Positions 60,381 through 64,000 of a DNA stretch of 64,000 nt are shown piece after piece. The notes under the pieces are model-generated. The model was not told the DNA's origin and ran no database searches. It saw only the letters and a list, made by a program, of their open reading frames with translations. Source of the stretch: Eledone cirrhosa (taxonomy: Eukaryota); assembly GCA_964016885.1 (NCBI GenBank), contig CAXHJY010001687.1, forward strand, positions 135,281 to 199,280, written 5' to 3'. How positions within the stretch are numbered: position 1 is the stretch's first letter; each line of letters starts with the position of its first letter. The translations under genes were made by a program, and so were the position numbers.

Positions 60381-60520
60381 TATGTATATGTATATATATA
60401 TATTTTATGTAAATATATATATATATTGTGTATATATATATATTATGTATATATATATATATATTATGTGTATATATATATATATATATTATGTGTATAT
60501 ATATATATATTATGTATGTA

Positions 60521-60588
<68 letters not shown>

Positions 60589-60681
60589 TATGTGTATATA
60601 TATATTATGTATGTATATATATTATGTATATATATATATGTGTATATATATATATTATGTATGTATATATATTATATATAT
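59737..60681. repeat. (TA)n with TATTATG(TG) interruptions
   Basis: direct reading. Confidence 0.97.
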
Positions 60682-61478
60682 AGTTTTGCGTCTGTGTCAG
60701 TATGCAGGTTCGTACGTATGTAGGGTGTGTGTATATGTGTACTTCATGTTTTGGTTGACTTACGTCTCCGAACATTCGTGTATTTACATGTAGGTATGTG
60801 TGTGCGCTTGTTATATACGTATTTATTTATTTATATACGTTTATATAATTATTTATTTATTTGTATACGCGCATACATACACACATATTTATATGTGCGT
60901 GGTTTTGTATACCTATGGTAAGTGTTTTGCGTATGCTTGTGTATGTACGTATTTGTTTGCATGTATGTATTTATTTATTTCTATTACTTCTGTATTGTAT
61001 TTATTTACTTTGTTCTTAACTTTTAGCGGAGATTCATTCGGGCTCCTAGTTAGAATTTTAGTCTACAACTTCTGCTATACCATTTACGTGGTTTTGTCTT
61101 TGCGTGCTATTGTTCTCCACGCTCCACATATGATGTATTATCTTCGTTTTTTTCGTTCATTACCAGAGAACGTCTCTATGAACCACCTAAGAGAACATTA
61201 GTCTACGACCTCTTTTATACCATAAACGTGGTTCTGTCTTTGCGCGTAATTGTTTTTCACCGCTTTTATTAATGACGTATTATATTCGTTTTTTCCCGTT
61301 CTTAGCCAGCGAACGTTTCCACGAACCAAAGTATCGTCTCCCTGTCTTCCTCCGGTTGCAACGTTTTTTTAAATATCCACTTCTGCGTTTACAGGTTGAC
61401 TTTGTTAGTTTCAGAAGATCCCGTTAAGGGTGAAAGCAGCGATTCTTTGCTTAAACTTTAATCTGTTATTTTAATAAA
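60682..61478 (+). mobile_element. possible PLE 3' UTR fragment with ~140-bp diverged direct repeat
   Basis: repeat ~61058-61184 / 61198-61328; degenerate HHR-like CAGAAGA-TCCC..GGGT-GAAAGC at ~61411-61442. Confidence 0.4.
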
Positions 61479-61589
61479 TATATATATATATGTGTTATAT
61501 ATATATATGTTATATATATATATATATGTTATATATATATATGTTATATATATGTTATATATATATGTTATATATATATATATATATAT

Positions 61590-64000
61590 AAGGCGGGTAA
61601 AATTCCCGAGATCCATGGACGAGTTCTCTCCAGCGGTCTCTGTCCCTCATTATCGCTGCCATATCCTGCATCTCCAACAGACCAGTGTCTGTCCTTAGGG
61701 CATCAACATATGTTAACCTTGGTCTTCCTCTTCTAGTGTGTCCATGTAGGGGCTCCCAAAGGAGCACTGAGTGCAATGTCAACTCTGGATGTCGGTGAGC
61801 ATGTCCAGCCAACCTCAGTCTCCTCTGTGTCACTTTTGAGCTGACTTTTGGGAGGCTCCCATACAGCTCTGAGTTTTTTATCCTCAGTGTATAATGATTA
61901 ATGTTCAGAGCCATCCTCAGCATTCTCGTGTAGCACCCATCCACCATCTGAGTGAGTCTCTTGGTCAGTGTCCAAGTCTCAGACCCATACAGCAGCACAG
62001 ACTCCACTACAGCAATGAAGAGGCGGATTTTCAGGTCTCTACGAAGGTCCGACTTCCACACCGATCTCAAGCTGTGGCACGCCGCCCAGGCCTTGCTCTT
62101 CCTCTCAACCACATCATCTTCCGTATTCCCAATCTTTGCTCCCAAATACAGGAAGTCCTCAACCAATTCCAGCGGTTTCCCGCCTACATTAGTGATCCCC
62201 TCTGGCTTCTCAACATTCTCTACCAGATATTTTGTTTTAGTCTCATTCATTCTCAGCCCCACACTCATCGACACAGTCTCAACCTCCAGCATCAAATCCT
62301 CTGCCTCCTTCACTGTATTTGTCACCAAAACTATGTCGTCGGCAAATTCAGCATCCGATACCTTTTTCGCCCTAACTCTCCTGCTCTGAGCCGGTGCTAC
62401 AGTAAAGCCAGAGTCCTGGTGTTTCTCCAGTGCAAGGCGCATACAATAGTCCACTACGATGATAAAAAGGTAGGGAGCCAATGTATCTCCCTGGAGCACT
62501 CCAGCCAGTATCTCAAAGAACTCTGTCATCCCATCAGGTGTAATGACTTGGGCTTTGGTGTTGGTGTAGAGCAGTGATATCAGGTCCACTATCTTCTTGG
62601 GGATTCCATAAGCCTGTAAGATCTTCATCAGGCAGTAACGGTCCACAGAATCAAAGGCCTTCCTAAAGTCAATGAAAACCATGACCGTAGGAAGGCACTT
62701 TGCTCTAGCTCCCTCTAATATCCTCCTCAGCATCAGGATGTGACTGGTGGTTGATCTACCCTCTCTGAAGCCGTTCTGTTTGTCCCTGAGCTTCTTCTCC
62801 ATCTCAGGCTGGATCCTGTTAAGAATCATCCTGTTGAGGGTCTTTGCCACAAGTGACGTCAGTGAGATCCCCCGGTAGTTGTTGGTGTTAGAGAGATCTC
62901 CCTTCTTTGGCACTGGGACGATGTTACTGATTCTCCACTGATTCGGGGCAACTCCTTTCTCCAGTGCCCCGTTACAGAACCTCAGGATGATATCATCAAA
63001 ATCACACCTCTTCATCACCTCTGATGCCACTCCATCTTCTCCATGAGCCTTGCCCTCCTTGATCTTCTTCTTGGCTCTCTGAAGCTCCTCTCTGGTGAAG
63101 GGCTCTGTCTCAACATCCAGTTCCTCAAACAGCCGCCTGATCTCCCCAGTGCTCTGGGCTGTGGAGGGTGGCTCTCCTAAAATGGTCTAGCCATTTCCTC
63201 TTCCTATCCTCGGGCCCCGTTCCCTGGATCTGACTCGAACACCGTTTCTTCCTCCCTGTGATCTCGTTGATGATCATCCAGCTCTCCTTACATCCAGATC
63301 TGTCAACCGCTCTCTCCACACTTCTGATCTTCTCTATCAGTGCCTCCTCTCTGACCTCAGTGTAAGCGGTACAGAGCTCTTCCCTCATCACCTCCACAGT
63401 CTCCATCCTCTCCTCCGTAGGATCAGCATAGAATTGGTCCCTGGCAGCTTTCAGGTGTTCTCTGGCTGCACACACTTTTGGGTTTGCAGAGCTGACGTGC
63501 TTCCCTTTGTTCTTTTTCCTCGGCACCAGGGTTTCACTTGCTTTCGCCACTGCATTGGTGAAGTGCCCGTACCTCCTCGTCACACTCTCCTCAGTCCATC
63601 CAATCTCTCTCTCCTCTGACTCTCCACACAGAGCACTAAACCTGTTTCTCACTTCCACTGTGAACCTCTCCTGTAGCTTATCATCTTCCTTGAAAGCTCC
63701 CCAGTCATAGATTGATCTCCGGGGCTGAGCCTTGCTCTTTCTTAAGCTCACGCGGACCTCACTCATAACAAGCCGGTGGTCACTACCCAGTGTACTGAAA
63801 TAGCTGTATGGTTCCGTGTTCAGAACACTATTCCGCCACTTTTTCCTCACCAGAATGAAATCAATCTGGGACTTGGACAGGTGCATATCTGAGATGTAGG
63901 TCCACATCTTCCCCAGATTCTTCCTAAACCTTAGGTTGGTCGCCATCAAGTTCGCCTCCAGCAGGGTGTCTCTCAGTAGTCTTCCATTTCGGTTGGTGTT
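61590..64000 (-). pseudogene. RTE-like LINE family C (APE C-terminus plus RT), frameshifted, runs off window
   Basis: QIDFIL, SDHRLV, NYRGISL, FIDFRKAFD, FADD; ORF reads directly into (TA)n. Confidence 0.93.

Overview
AT-rich eukaryotic repeat region with no recognisable host gene. The SINE and LINE types suggest an octopod cephalopod (inference). The window is a chain of (TA)n microsatellite tracts, each interrupted by a mobile-element piece: several Penelope-like elements (PLEs; RT plus C-terminal GIY-YIG), three RTE-like LINE families, two CR1-group LINEs, two tRNA-derived SINE families and one mariner. Main signal: most short non-coding segments between TA tracts carry a minimal type-I hammerhead ribozyme (HHR), from about 12 different sequence families, including U3-A8 compensated cores and long stem-II inserts. 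These segments occur as fold-back palindromes or 470-600 nt tandem units. In several families one arm stops at a fixed internal AT-rich site, while the opposite arm carries a further 45-110 nt 3' tail in inverted orientation. This suggests (TA)n-targeted, two-ended (twin/internal) priming by PLE machinery. The I/Y-rich ORFs are microsatellite artefacts. All ribozyme calls were made by eye, and coordinates are approximate to a few bases.
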